64,000 nucleotides of DNA, from the NCBI GenBank assembly GCA_937873455.1, contig CALMYG010000034.1:25405-89404 (forward strand), given 5' to 3'. How positions within the stretch are numbered: the stretch's first letter is position 1; each line of letters begins with the position of its first letter. Origin of the DNA: an uncultured Verrucomicrobiota bacterium. Its GTDB lineage: Bacteria; Verrucomicrobiota; Kiritimatiellia; CAIVKH01. Positions 16,706 through 25,443 of this stretch are shown here, in pieces. The notes beneath the pieces were generated by a model. It was not told the origin of the DNA and ran no database searches. It saw only the letters and a program-made list of their open reading frames with translations. The position numbers were made by a program, and so were the translations under genes.

Positions 16706-18220
16706 ATGACGCAGAGGCCATTCAACATTCTTTGGATCACCAGCGACCAGCAGCACTGGAACACGTTGGGTTCGCTCAATCCGGCGATCAAGACGCCGAA
16801 CCTTGACCGGCTGGCCGCTGAAGGCACGTTATTTACCCGCGCGTACTGCCCAAACCCGACCTGCTCGCCGACGCGCGCCTCGATGATCACCGGACTGCTG
16901 CCCAGCCAGCACGGATGCTGGGCACTCGGCACCAAACTGCCCGAGGACCAACCAACGCTTGGCGAATATCTCCAACGCGCCGGGTACTTTACCGGCCTGG
17001 TCGGCAAGGCCCATTTTCAACCATTGGCCTCGACGCCGGAATATCCGTCGATGGAAGCTTACCCGCTGCTGCAGGATTTGGAGTTTTGGCGCAATTTCCA
17101 CGGCCCGTTCTACGGCTTCCAGCACGTTGAACTGACCCGCAACCACGCCGACGAGGCTCATGTCGGCCAGCACTATGCACTGTGGATGGAAGAAAAAGGC
17201 TGTCACAACTGGCGCGACTATTTCCGCCCGCCCACCGGAAACAATGACCGGCAGCTGCATACCTGGGAAATCCCCGAGGAGTTCCATTACAACACCTGGA
17301 TTGCCGAACGCACCAATGCACTGCTAAGCGAATGCAAGGAACAACAAAAACCCTTTTTCCTCTGGGCGAGCTTTTTTGATCCGCATCCCGATTACCTCGT
17401 CCCCCGGCCCTGGGATACGATGTACGATCCGGCCATCATCGATGTCCCATCCATGGTTCCGGGCGAGCATGACGCCAATCCGCCCCACTTCAAGATGACC
17501 CAGGAAGCCGCGCCGGATTTTTCCGGCTACGCCGAGCCGGACGGCGCGGGCTGTCACGGACTGCACAGCCATCTTCAAGACCGCGCACCGCTCGCCAAAG
17601 ACGTCGCCATTTATTACGGCATGGTCAGTTGCATGGACAAATACATCGGGCGGATCGTCGATCACTTGGACGCGCTGGGACTGGCGGAAAACACCCTGGT
17701 CGTTTTCACCAGCGACCACGGCCATGTTTTCGGCCAGCACGGACTGATCCGCAAAGGGCCGTTTCATTATGAGGATTTGCTCCGGGTTCCGATGATTGTC
17801 CGGCAGCCAGGCACGGTGCCGGCCGGCGTGGTCTCCTCCTCGCTTCAATCCCTCGTGGACTATGCGCCGACCATGCTCGACCTGGCCGGCCTGCCGGTCC
17901 CGCGTACCATGAGCGGCGTCAGTCAGGCCGAGGCATGGCGCGGCGCCGCGGAAGCGCGGCGTGACCATGTGCTCGTTGAGCATCGCCATCAGCCCACGAC
18001 CATGTTCCTGAAAACCCTGGTTGAAGAGCGCTATAAAATCACCGTGTATTACGGGCGCGATTACGGCGAGTTGTTCGACCTGCGCGAAGATCCCGGCGAA
18101 GTCCGCAACTTGTGGGATGACCCCGCCGCTCACGATGTGAAAGCTAGGCTGCTGCTCCGCCTCATCCAGGCGCAGATGATCAGCGAACCCATCTGGATGC
18201 CGCGGATCAGCGGGGCGTAA
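16706..18220 (+). CDS. Sulfatase (formylglycine-dependent), no signal peptide
   Basis: NILWITSDQQ and CSPTRASMITG (the C-x-P-x-R maturation motif). FTSDHG. The start at MTQRPF has no leader. Confidence 0.88.
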   Translation: MTQRPFNILWITSDQQHWNTLGSLNPAIKTPNLDRLAAEGTLFTRAYCPNPTCSPTRASMITGLLPSQHGCWALGTKLPEDQPTLGEYLQRAGYFTGLVGKAHFQPLASTPEYPSMEAYPLLQDLEFWRNFHGPFYGFQHVELTRNHADEAHVGQHYALWMEEKGCHNWRDYFRPPTGNNDRQLHTWEIPEEFHYNTWIAERTNALLSECKEQQKPFFLWASFFDPHPDYLVPRPWDTMYDPAIIDVPSMVPGEHDANPPHFKMTQEAAPDFSGYAEPDGAGCHGLHSHLQDRAPLAKDVAIYYGMVSCMDKYIGRIVDHLDALGLAENTLVVFTSDHGHVFGQHGLIRKGPFHYEDLLRVPMIVRQPGTVPAGVVSSSLQSLVDYAPTMLDLAGLPVPRTMSGVSQAEAWRGAAEARRDHVLVEHRHQPTTMFLKTLVEERYKITVYYGRDYGELFDLREDPGEVRNLWDDPAAHDVKARLLLRLIQAQMISEPIWMPRISGA

Positions 18221-18261
18221 ATGGCCTGATGGAACCGCATGCATAAAGAAAGAAGCGTATC

Positions 18262-20985
18262 ATGATGAAATTTATCCTCCGATCAAGCGCCGTCGTGGCG
18301 ATTTGCCTGACCAGCTCTTGCACCCCGCCCGCCCCACGCCCCGCTCCGGCGCCCGAAACCGAACACCAGGAAACACGCTCCGCAAAACATCCGGCCATGG
18401 AAATGCAGGAAATCCCCCTCCCCGCGGAGCCGGTTGATCATCGCGACTACGGAACGTGGCGCAGCTCCATCTTTGGCGGCGGCGGTTACCTGCAAAACAT
18501 CATCATCGCGCCGTCTCGGCCCGAAACCCTCTATGGCTACGTCGATGTGGGCGGCGTGTACCGGAGCGGCGACGCAGGAAAAACCTGGAGCATGATTCAC
18601 GGCAGCATGCCCGCCGGCGACGGTTTTTACTCCGTGCGCGGGCTGGATGTATCGCCAGAACATCCGGATCATGTCGTGATCGCCGTGGGCAATCAATGGT
18701 CGCCCCGCAAAGGCCTGTATCAAACCCGCGATGGGGGAAAAACCTGGAAGCAGGTTCTCGAAGCCCAGGTATACGGCAACGAAACCCACCGGTCGACCGG
18801 GGTGATTTTCGCCCGAGATGCGAAGGGCCGGCTGCACTTCGGGTCCGCCGGTGACGGCGTGTGGGTAAGCGAAGACCATGGCGCCACCTGGAACAAGCGC
18901 GGGCTGGATGGCATCAACATCACCGACGTGAAATTTGCATCCGACGGCCGGGGCTGGATCAGCGCCCATGCCTGGAGTCCGCATGGCAAAGCAGAACTCG
19001 CCGGCGGATTTTTCATTTCCCGCGATCATGGCGATACGTGGACCTCGGTTACCGATCGCGCGCCGGACGAACTCGTGGTTACCCCGGACGGATCAATCGT
19101 CGGAATTTTTGACGCCAGTCGCCTCAAACGCAGCGCCGACGACGGATTGACCTGGTCGGATTTTTCGGAAGGCCTTCCCATCGACCCCGAAGCCGCCAAC
19201 AAAGGGTGGACCAGCGAAAGCCGTTTTCGCGCACTGGCCTCCGGCCCGGATTTCCTTCTCGCCGGTTCGTCGCGGGGCACGATCTACCGGCGCGATACCG
19301 GGGCGGCAAGCTGGCAAAAAATCGAGCGCGAAGGCGTAACCGAAGTGGTCGAAGGCGAGCCGTGGTGGGGCCGGTTGCAGCCGGGCGTGTGGCCGCATTT
19401 TGGTGCGGCCATGGGCAGCCTCGTCGTCGTGCCCGGACATCCGAATCACTGGTGGTTTACCGACTGGTATAGCGCCTATGAATCCACCGACGCGGGGCGC
19501 ACCTGGGTGCAGCGTATCGACGGCATCGAGGTCACGGTCATTCACCACATCATCGGCAATCCCGCCGATCCGGCCCGGATTCATGCCGGCATGGCCGACA
19601 ACGCCTACGCCGAATCCACCGACGGCGGTGTTCGCTACAACACGCCCAAGAAAACCTTTTCCAACATGAAAATGCTGGGCGTCTCGCCCGCCCTGCCCGG
19701 ACGGCTGTACGGGGTCGGCGACCAGCGGGCGGAATGGCGCGCGGAGAAACTGTGGGTCAGCACCGATTCCGGCGCGACCTGGTGGGCCGCCCCGATGCTC
19801 GGACTGCCGCCCCCGGCCAAGCACAGCATGAACTCCATCGCCGTTCATGCCCAACGGCCCTACGAATTGGTGGTCGGAGTATCCGGCAAGGTCGGTGAAG
19901 GCGGGGGCGTGTACCGGAGCGTCGATGGCGGCCGCTCCTTCGTACCGGTCAACCAGGGACTCGAAGAAGCGGGCGCTTTGTTCCGCCATGAAATTTGGTC
20001 GGTCGGACCAGAACTGGCGATGACCCCGTCCGGTCGCATGGTTGCGGCCAGCCACGAGTCGGGCCGCATCCATTTTTACGATGGTTCGGCATGGCAGTTG
20101 GCGAACGTTACGCCGGGCGGCAAGCCGCGCTATACCGTGGCCGCGGGCGAGACCTTTTATGTGGCCTGCCGCGAAGGCGGTTTACTGAAAAGTTCGGATG
20201 GCGGTCGCCAATGGACGCAAATCCTCGGCGAGGAAACCATGGTCGTCGCGGCGGACGCTTCGGTCATTGCCGCGGCCACAGCCAGCCGGTTGAAAATCAG
20301 CCGCGATGGGGGCGAAACGTGGTCGGAATTCCCGCTTACGCCCCAGGGCCAGGTGCGCACCCTGGCGATTTCCGGATCCCGCCTCCATGCCGGCACCTCG
20401 GGCGGCGGCATGTTCTGGATGGCGCTGGATGAGTCAGGCCGGATGCCGATGCAGGCTGGCGAGATCGGTCCCGGCATCCTGCCGGTGCGGGAAAATGCAG
20501 ACGCACGCGCGCCGGAAATTACCGACGCATCCTTCACCACGGAAGAGATCGTCACCCAACGCTGGTCGCTCTGGACCGGACAGGGAAAGAGCGAAAAGGC
20601 CTGGAGTTCGGAATCGGCCGACGACGAGGGCGGCTCCCTGGTTCTTCGCTCGCTCGAAGGACCGGTCAACACCTCCGTCGGTTACAATTTCAAGCCCGTC
20701 AACAACAGCTTCACAATCCGGCTGGCCTGGAAGTCCACCGGATCACCCGACGTGGACGTCCAAATCGCGTTGCGCTCCTACCGGGGCGGCGCGCAGGCCG
20801 ATTGGCAAACGTTGAACCAAACCACGGGCGCGTCGCCGGAGTGGGGTTGGATCGAGCGGGAAGTGCAACTGGCCGAGGACGCCGATCGTGGCGAACTGGT
20901 CTTGGTACTCAAAGGCGAAGGCGCGGTTTGGCTGGACGCCATTTCCGCCTCCATTCCTCCGCAAATTTTTGGAACACCTCAATAA
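18262..20985 (+). CDS. Lipoprotein with a BNR/Asp-box double beta-propeller, GH74-like, plus a C-terminal CBM4/9-like domain
   Basis: Lipobox LTSSC. WRSSIFGGGGYLQNIIIAP...YGYVDVGGVYRSGDAGKTW resembles the GH74 N-terminus. At least 9 Asp-box-like motifs (RDGGKTW, EDHGATW, RDHGDTW, TDAGRTW, TDSGATW, SDGGRQW, RDGGETW...). The C-terminal jelly-roll-like tail ends in ...GEGAVWLDAIS. Confidence 0.7.
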   Translation: MMKFILRSSAVVAICLTSSCTPPAPRPAPAPETEHQETRSAKHPAMEMQEIPLPAEPVDHRDYGTWRSSIFGGGGYLQNIIIAPSRPETLYGYVDVGGVYRSGDAGKTWSMIHGSMPAGDGFYSVRGLDVSPEHPDHVVIAVGNQWSPRKGLYQTRDGGKTWKQVLEAQVYGNETHRSTGVIFARDAKGRLHFGSAGDGVWVSEDHGATWNKRGLDGINITDVKFASDGRGWISAHAWSPHGKAELAGGFFISRDHGDTWTSVTDRAPDELVVTPDGSIVGIFDASRLKRSADDGLTWSDFSEGLPIDPEAANKGWTSESRFRALASGPDFLLAGSSRGTIYRRDTGAASWQKIEREGVTEVVEGEPWWGRLQPGVWPHFGAAMGSLVVVPGHPNHWWFTDWYSAYESTDAGRTWVQRIDGIEVTVIHHIIGNPADPARIHAGMADNAYAESTDGGVRYNTPKKTFSNMKMLGVSPALPGRLYGVGDQRAEWRAEKLWVSTDSGATWWAAPMLGLPPPAKHSMNSIAVHAQRPYELVVGVSGKVGEGGGVYRSVDGGRSFVPVNQGLEEAGALFRHEIWSVGPELAMTPSGRMVAASHESGRIHFYDGSAWQLANVTPGGKPRYTVAAGETFYVACREGGLLKSSDGGRQWTQILGEETMVVAADASVIAAATASRLKISRDGGETWSEFPLTPQGQVRTLAISGSRLHAGTSGGGMFWMALDESGRMPMQAGEIGPGILPVRENADARAPEITDASFTTEEIVTQRWSLWTGQGKSEKAWSSESADDEGGSLVLRSLEGPVNTSVGYNFKPVNNSFTIRLAWKSTGSPDVDVQIALRSYRGGAQADWQTLNQTTGASPEWGWIEREVQLAEDADRGELVLVLKGEGAVWLDAISASIPPQIFGTPQ

Positions 20986-21021
20986 CCAGCAACCGAAACA
21001 CGGCAACCCCAGGAGAATCAC

Positions 21022-21549
21022 ATGAACAAGATCATCATCGCCGCTAGTGTACTCATGGCATACGCATCGGCAACGCATGCCGCGAACCTGTTCGTTATGC
21101 CCGACGGCAGCATGGACAGCATGCCCACCAAGGGAATGCAAATCTACGAACCCCCGGCCACCAAGGGCAATGCCGCCATCGCCATTTCCACCGATAATCC
21201 CGCCCACGGGACAGGCGCGTTGAAAGTCGAATGCGAAAGCGGTATTTACGTCAGCATCTCTTTCCCGATGAACAACGCGATCAAAACGGGAAGGGCCAGC
21301 GTGTATCTGCGCGGCGCCATTTCCAATGCGGAGACGGTCACCGTCGGTCTGCAAAGTTTCACCATGGATGGCGGCTTCAAAAGTGTGGATTTCGTCCCCG
21401 TAATGGATGCCAAGAACCGAATCGGAACGGATTGGCAAAAGTTTACCTTTGACCTGGAACGCGACAGCCGGGCCACCCATTGGCAATTGTCCTTCATCCT
21501 CAAAGGGCCGGGCATCCTGTGGATTGACCAGTTGGAAGAAATCAAGTAA
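21022..21549 (+). CDS. Small secreted CBM4/9-like (jelly-roll) protein
   Basis: Signal peptide MNKIIIAASVLMAYASATHA. GALKVECESG...WQKFTFDL...ILWIDQLE pattern. AGGAG lies 8 nt upstream. The stop overlaps the GH94 ATG (TAATG). Confidence 0.6.
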   Translation: MNKIIIAASVLMAYASATHAANLFVMPDGSMDSMPTKGMQIYEPPATKGNAAIAISTDNPAHGTGALKVECESGIYVSISFPMNNAIKTGRASVYLRGAISNAETVTVGLQSFTMDGGFKSVDFVPVMDAKNRIGTDWQKFTFDLERDSRATHWQLSFILKGPGILWIDQLEEIK

Positions 21550-24005
21550 TGGCGGCGGCCGGGAACAAGGCCTACGGGCGATTTGACGATGCGGCGCGTG
21601 AATATGTCATTCACCGGCCCGACACGCCCCTGCCCTGGCTGAACTACCTCGGCCAGGATGATTTCTTCGCCCTCTGCACCAACGGCGCCGGCGGCTACAC
21701 CTTCTGGCGAGATGCCAAACTGCGCCGCATCACCCGCTACCGGTACAACACCCTGCCGATGGATGTCGGCGCCCGCGCGCTCTACATCCATGACGGCGAC
21801 GCCGTATGGTGTCCCGCCTGGAAGCCGGTGAAAACCCCGCTGGACCGCTACGAATGCCGCCACGGCCTCGGCTACACCCGGTTTGTTGCCGAGAAAAATG
21901 GCGTGGAAGTCGAATGGCTGCTGCTCATCCCCCCCGGGGAAACCGCCGAAGTCTGGCGCGTGCGCGTACGCAACCTGACCACGACCGCCCGCTCCATCCG
22001 CTTGTTCTCCGCCGTCGAGTTCTGCCTCTTCGAGGCGTTGAACGATATGACCAACTACCAGCGGACCTACTCCATCGGCGAGGTCGAGGTGGAAGGGTCG
22101 GCGCTTTACCACACGACCGAATACCGCGAGCGGCGGAACCACTTCGCCGTGTTTTCCTGCAGCCGCCCGGTCGATGGCTTCGACACCTCCCGCGATGAGT
22201 TTTTCGGCGTGCATAGCGGCTGGCACGAACCCGAGGCGCTGCGTCGGGGAGCTTGCGCCAACAGCATTGCCCACGGATGGAATCCGGTCGGCGCCCATCA
22301 GCTCAACCTGGAACTGCCCGGCGGCGGAACCGAAGAAGCGGTGTTCGTGCTCGGTTATGTCGACAACACCGGCCTCGACAAGTTCGAGCGCCCACAGGGG
22401 ATCAACAAGACCCGCGCCCGCGCCTTGCTCGCGCGGTACGCCACCGGCGAACAGGTCACCGCCGCCTACGACACGCTGCGGGCCAACTGGGACCGCCAAC
22501 TCGGCGCGTTCCAGTGCGCCTGCCCGGATGACGTGATCAATCGCATGGGAAATATCTGGAACCCCTATCAGTGCATGGCGACGTTCAACCTGTCGCGCTC
22601 GGCCAGCGGATACGAAACCGGCATCGGACGGGGCATGGGTTTCCGCGACAGCAACCAGGACATCCTCGGTTTCGTCCACATGATCCCCGAGCGCGCACGC
22701 GGACGCATCCTCGACATCGCCGCCACCCAACTCTCCGACGGCGCCTGTTACCATCAGTACCAGCCGCTCACCAAAAAGGGCAACGCCGACATCGGCGGCG
22801 ATTTCTATGACGACCACCTCTGGCTGGTCCTCAGCACCTGCGCCTACGTGCGCGAAACCGGCGACGCCTCCATCCTCGACGCCCCGGTCGGATATGCCGA
22901 CACGCCCGGGTCCGGTGAAAGCCTGTTGCATCACCTTGAAACCAGCATCCGCTACACCCTCACCCACCTCGGCCCCAACGGCCTGCCCCTGATCGGGCAT
23001 GCCGACTGGAATGACTGCCTGAACCTGAATTGTTTTTCCACCGAGCCGAACGAATCCTTCCAGACCGCCGGCGATGTACACGGGTCCAAGGCCGAGTCGG
23101 TCATGATCGCAGGGTTGTTCCTGAAAGCCGCCGACGACCTGATGCGCCTGTACCAGTGGCTGGGCCGGCCCGATGACGCCGCGCGTATGCAAGGCCATCA
23201 TGCCACCATGCTCGCCTCCATCGAGGAAAAAGCCTGGGACGGAGCCTGGTACCGCCGCGCCTACGATGCGGAGGGAAGGCCGGTCGGATCGCACGAGAAC
23301 GAGGAAGGACAAATTTTTATCGAGAGTCAGGGTTGGTGTATTCTCGGCGGCGCGGGGCGGGATAACGGCCGGGCCCGCCAGGCGCTGGACAGCGTTCACG
23401 AGCGCCTGTTCACCTCCCACGGCGTGGTCCTGCAACAGCCCGCCTACCAGACCTACCACCTGCACCTCGGCGAGGTCTCGAGTTATCCCCCGGGTTACAA
23501 GGAAAACGCAGGCATTTTCTGCCACAACAACACCTGGATTCAAATTGCCTGGTGTATGCTCGGCGAAGGCGACCGGGCGCTGGAGTATTACCGGAGCATC
23601 TGTCCGGCGGCCAAGGAATCCATCATCGATCGCTACCGTTGCGAGCCCTACGTATACGCACAGATGATCGCGGGAAAAGATGCGCCGGATCATGGGGAGG
23701 CCAAAAACTCCTGGCTGACCGGGACCGCCGCCTGGACCTTTGTCGTGCTCTCCCAATACATCCTCGGCATCCAGCCCGATTATGAGGGCCTCACCGTGGA
23801 TCCCTGCATCAGCCGGGACTGGCCGGGCTTTCGCGTCGAGCGCCGGTTCCGGGGCGCGCTCTATGACATCGAAGTGAAAAATCCGCGCAAGGTGTGCCGC
23901 GGGGTCACGACCATGACCGTGAACGGCCGGGTCATCGCGGGCAACTGCATCCCCATCGCCCCGGCCGGAAGCCGGGTCCGGGTAAGCCTCGAACTGGAAG
24001 GATGA
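21549..24005 (+). CDS. GH94 cellobiose (cellodextrin/chitobiose) phosphorylase
   Basis: Colinear with known cellobiose phosphorylases: YGRFDDAAREYVI, RITRYRYN, NYQRTYSIGEVEVE, IGRGMGFRDSNQD, YHQYQPLTKKGN, ADWNDCLNLNCFS, YPPGYKENAGIFCHNN, EPYVYAQMIAGK. Confidence 0.93.
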   Translation: MAAAGNKAYGRFDDAAREYVIHRPDTPLPWLNYLGQDDFFALCTNGAGGYTFWRDAKLRRITRYRYNTLPMDVGARALYIHDGDAVWCPAWKPVKTPLDRYECRHGLGYTRFVAEKNGVEVEWLLLIPPGETAEVWRVRVRNLTTTARSIRLFSAVEFCLFEALNDMTNYQRTYSIGEVEVEGSALYHTTEYRERRNHFAVFSCSRPVDGFDTSRDEFFGVHSGWHEPEALRRGACANSIAHGWNPVGAHQLNLELPGGGTEEAVFVLGYVDNTGLDKFERPQGINKTRARALLARYATGEQVTAAYDTLRANWDRQLGAFQCACPDDVINRMGNIWNPYQCMATFNLSRSASGYETGIGRGMGFRDSNQDILGFVHMIPERARGRILDIAATQLSDGACYHQYQPLTKKGNADIGGDFYDDHLWLVLSTCAYVRETGDASILDAPVGYADTPGSGESLLHHLETSIRYTLTHLGPNGLPLIGHADWNDCLNLNCFSTEPNESFQTAGDVHGSKAESVMIAGLFLKAADDLMRLYQWLGRPDDAARMQGHHATMLASIEEKAWDGAWYRRAYDAEGRPVGSHENEEGQIFIESQGWCILGGAGRDNGRARQALDSVHERLFTSHGVVLQQPAYQTYHLHLGEVSSYPPGYKENAGIFCHNNTWIQIAWCMLGEGDRALEYYRSICPAAKESIIDRYRCEPYVYAQMIAGKDAPDHGEAKNSWLTGTAAWTFVVLSQYILGIQPDYEGLTVDPCISRDWPGFRVERRFRGALYDIEVKNPRKVCRGVTTMTVNGRVIAGNCIPIAPAGSRVRVSLELEG

Positions 24006-24009
24006 AGCC

Positions 24010-25443
24010 ATGACGGAAGCAGAAAAACCAAAACCGGCCAAGGTGCCGTTCGGCTCCAAACTCGCCTACGGCGCAGCCGGCCCGGTGGACATCTGGTGCA
24101 CCTGGGTCCCGCTCGGCATGGCCAACCAGGTGTTCAACATGACCCTCGGCCTGTCACCGGTGCTGGTCAGCATGGCATTCGCGATCTTCCGCTTGTACGA
24201 TGCGATCATCGACCCGCTCATGGGCTGGATATCCGATAACACCCGCACCCGCTGGGGGCGGCGCAAACCCTATATCCTCGTCGGGGCCATCCTGACTGGC
24301 CTGTGTTTTCCCCTGATATGGATGGTCGGACGCGACTGGTCGCCCATGGCCATGACCGCCTGGCTCATCGTCACCGGTATTTTATTTTACACCTGCACCA
24401 CGCTCTGGAACATGCCCTATCAAAGCATGCTCCTGGAGATGACCTCCGACTACAATGAGCGGACCACCATCACCAGCTTCCGCGCCTTCTTCCAAAATTT
24501 CAGCACCATTATCGTCACCTGGGTGTGGGCGATCACCCAGTTGCCGTATTTTATGGATGCGGAAACGGGAAAGGCGGACACCCTGGCCGGTATACGCACC
24601 GTCGCGGTGGCGATGGGCATTATCGTGATCATACTCGGGCTTTTGCCATTGCTCGTCAAAGCCCGCGCCGATGCCGCGCCCTTGTCCGACAAGAAGGTCC
24701 GCTTGCGGGACAGCTTCCGCAAGACCATGACCCACAAGCCCTTTTTAATCATCCTGGTGTTTGCGATTTTATTTTCCTTTGGCGGCAGCATGGTGGGCTC
24801 GTTCAACATCTACGTTTCCACCTATTACGTATACGGGGGCGATCAGGCCGGCGCATCCATTATCAACGGGCTCTCCGGCACAATCGGACTCTTTCTGTCC
24901 ATCGGCTCGCTCCCCGTTTTTTATGCAATTTCCCGACGCATCGGAAAAACCCGCACCTTGTTTATTTGTGTCGGCATTCAAATCCTTTCCACCGCCACCA
25001 AATGGTGGACCTACACGCCTTCGTTACCGGAACTGATTATTGTCGCCAATTCGCTCATGTACATCAGCAATGCCGGCCTCTGGGTCATGCTCCCCTCCAT
25101 GATGGCCGACGCGGTCGATGCCGACGAGCTCAAGACGGGGGAACGCCGCGAGGGTTCCTTTGCCTCGGTCTTTTCCTGGGTCCTGAAAGTCAGCATGACG
25201 GCCGGCCTGGCCTTGAGCGGGCCGCTTCTCGCCATCACCGGATTTGATGTGAAGGTCGGACCCGTTCAGCCGGAGGAAGTGCTCACCCGGATGCGGTTGA
25301 TCATGACCGTGCTTCCCTCGGTCATGCTCTTGTTTGCCGCGCTGGTGTTGATGCGCTATCCGCTGGGTCCCGCGCGCATGGCGGACATCCGGACTGAATT
25401 GGACGCACGCAAAGCAGACGCGGCCGATCCGCAACCCGCTTGA
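24010..25443 (+). CDS. GPH-family glycoside:cation symporter (MelB/XylP-like)
   Basis: 12-TM-like hydrophobicity. GPH motif LYDAIIDPLMGWISDNTRTRWGRRKPY. Confidence 0.85.
   Translation: MTEAEKPKPAKVPFGSKLAYGAAGPVDIWCTWVPLGMANQVFNMTLGLSPVLVSMAFAIFRLYDAIIDPLMGWISDNTRTRWGRRKPYILVGAILTGLCFPLIWMVGRDWSPMAMTAWLIVTGILFYTCTTLWNMPYQSMLLEMTSDYNERTTITSFRAFFQNFSTIIVTWVWAITQLPYFMDAETGKADTLAGIRTVAVAMGIIVIILGLLPLLVKARADAAPLSDKKVRLRDSFRKTMTHKPFLIILVFAILFSFGGSMVGSFNIYVSTYYVYGGDQAGASIINGLSGTIGLFLSIGSLPVFYAISRRIGKTRTLFICVGIQILSTATKWWTYTPSLPELIIVANSLMYISNAGLWVMLPSMMADAVDADELKTGERREGSFASVFSWVLKVSMTAGLALSGPLLAITGFDVKVGPVQPEEVLTRMRLIMTVLPSVMLLFAALVLMRYPLGPARMADIRTELDARKADAADPQPA

Noticed and set aside
21246-24059. 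Very long antisense or alternative-frame ORFs. Examples: 21246..24059 (-, 937 aa), 46214..48172 (+), 50630..52831 (+), 60692..62266 (+), 10421..11785 (-), 13998..15122 (+), 34970..35998 (-), 40959..42119 (-) and 17324..18244 (-).
   Set aside because: Each lies opposite, or out of frame with, a gene that has strong recognisable family motifs (GH94, the giant protein, metK, anSME, galK and others). Their products are Arg/Gly/Ala/Pro/His-rich with no motifs. This is the usual stop-codon-poor shadow of high-GC coding DNA.
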